Shown piece after piece: positions 62,630-64,000 of a stretch of 64,000 bases of DNA. The DNA lies in NCBI RefSeq assembly GCF_964355755.1, contig NC_092677.1, positions 28,321,175 to 28,385,174 on the forward strand. Direction: 5' to 3'. A program made the position numbers and the translations under genes. The DNA comes from Antedon mediterranea (Eukaryota; Animalia; Echinodermata). The notes under the pieces are model-generated. The model did not search any database. It was given only the letters and a program-made list of their open reading frames with translations, and had not been told where the DNA came from. Positions within the stretch are counted from its first letter, which is position 1. Each line of letters starts with the position of its first letter.

Positions 62630-62991
62630 CACCCCCCAAACGAGAGAGTGCGCACTCAGGAGAAAGAGGAGGAGGCCCTCTCTCCAGCGGTGGATGGATT
62701 CGGTTAACTGCACACAACGTAAGCAAAGGGGAAGCAAAGGTATGCTGCACCACACTACACACGAGTTAATCGATCCAGTCCTGTCAGTTGTCCCAAGCTT
62801 GCTAGGCGTTGAATCAATAGTCAACCAAAGATATTTTGGCCTTGAAATTGTGATTGCTCGTTCAAGCTCTACAGTCGAATTTGCGGATCCGTTGAGTAAA
62901 ATAAAAGCATTATCCATTAATTTGTATGCTCAATATATTGTGCATCCATATTATGAAATGTAACCTTTATTTACACATTGTTGAGTAGAAG
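62630..62991 (+). promoter_or_regulatory. Putative promoter and 5' UTR exon of the FA2H-like gene
   Basis: GC-richer patch, strong donor AAG|gtaaga at 62992, downstream TAGGCCTA cluster; next acceptor at 63687 precedes the ATG. Confidence 0.5.
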
Positions 62992-63139
62992 GTAAGAAAT
63001 TTGTTAATAAATAAATATGTTTATAATATAAATTGACAGTTAGTTAGGCCTAATAATAATAATATGTAGGCCTAGCTAGGCTAGTACTGTCTGTAGGATG
63101 ACTGCTGTAGTAAGTAGGCCTAGTATGTAGCTCCACTGT

Positions 63140-63550
63140 TTGCTTCCTCAACTGCTATCACCCCGGCGCCTCCCATAATCACTTTAGTTACACCTGACCG
63201 ACCCCACCTTCCTCAACTGCTCCCTCCCCGCCTCCCTCAACTGCTCACTCCCCGCCTCCCTCAACTGCTCCCTCCCTGCCTCCCTAAATCACATTAGTTA
63301 CGCCCGACTGACCCTGCCTCTCTAAATATAATTTCCATCCCAAACCCTCAACGAATACCACCCCACCTCCCTTAGTTGTAGTATTAACTGTCCCCTCGAC
63401 TGCTCCCGCCCTGCATCCCTAAATCACTTAAAGTTACACCCGACCAACCCTGCCTATCTCAATATAATTTCCACCCCAAATTCTCCCTATTATTAACTGT
63501 TTCACTCGACCGCTCCACCCCCAGTTCCCCCCAAAATAATCGCCAACACT
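63140..63550. repeat. C-rich degenerate repeat region
   Basis: Recurring cctcaactgctccctccccg and taaatcac...gttacacccgac blocks. Confidence 0.7.
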
Positions 63551-63695
63551 TAGCTAATTACGGTAATTTAAATTTCAATTTTGTAGACATTTAAATACTG
63601 TAAATTGCTATTTAAACTTTAATTTTAAGTGAGGGATGAACTCAGTAAATCAGAAATACTGTATATACTAATTTGTTAATTTTACAGTATTACAA

Positions 63696-63989
63696 ATGGG
63701 GGAGGCCAATATCAATAAGGGTGATGAAATGTGGGACGATGAACGAGTCAAGGAAGAAATCAAACTAGGAAGATTGCTTGTCATATTAGATGAAAATGTG
63801 TATGATTGCAGTAGATTTGCTAATATTCATCCAGGGGGTAGAAATTATATTGAACAATATTGTGGAAGGCAAATGCATAATGTAATGTATAATGGACCTC
63901 ATGAACACTCTTTCAATGCTTATCAATTGATGAAGGATTATTATTGTGGGAAATTAGCCAAAACATCAAGATATTTACCATTACAAAAG
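63696..63989 (+). CDS. FA2H: First coding exon (98 codons) of a protein with an N-terminal cytochrome b5 domain, probably fatty acid 2-hydroxylase; the gene continues past the window
   Basis: Acceptor at 63687, ATG at 63696, VYDCSRFANIHPGG heme motif and GPHEHSFNAYQLMKDYYCGKL (FA2H-type HxHS..A...L..YY.G.L); donor AAG|gt at 63990. Not in the ORF track. Confidence 0.75.
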
Positions 63990-64000
63990 GTGTGTAACTA

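Noticed and set aside
62510-62963. 135-aa minus-strand and 89-aa plus-strand ORFs
   Set aside because: No recognisable motifs; better explained as the GC-richer promoter and 5' UTR of the downstream gene.

Overview
AT-rich, intron-rich animal genomic DNA (GT-AG introns; probably an invertebrate, taxon not determinable from the sequence), not prokaryotic. All genes are on the + strand: two tandem full-size ABCA transporter paralogs (A: <278-17034, first exon outside the window; B: 20023-41054), PIGM (48959-51624), ENTR1/SDCCAG3 (53632-61883) and the first coding exon of a cytochrome-b5-domain gene, probably FA2H (63696->63989). Introns and intergenic DNA hold many minisatellites and non-autonomous transposons, several with readable TIRs/TSDs (P-like, Harbinger-like, Ginger-like, a Mutator-like element with a nested solo LTR, Helentron-associated elements, an L2-type LINE). 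The most unusual signal is that eight exon-intron junctions of the ABCA pair (seven in paralog B) are tandemly duplicated or amplified 2-33 times, creating arrays of splice donors or acceptors; the other paralog has one copy at each junction. One array has only synonymous variants in a potential in-frame 42-nt cassette, one keeps the frame open just before the NBD2 signature, and one forms a ladder of AG|GT recursive-type sites. Exon coordinates were read by eye and may be off by 1-2 nt.
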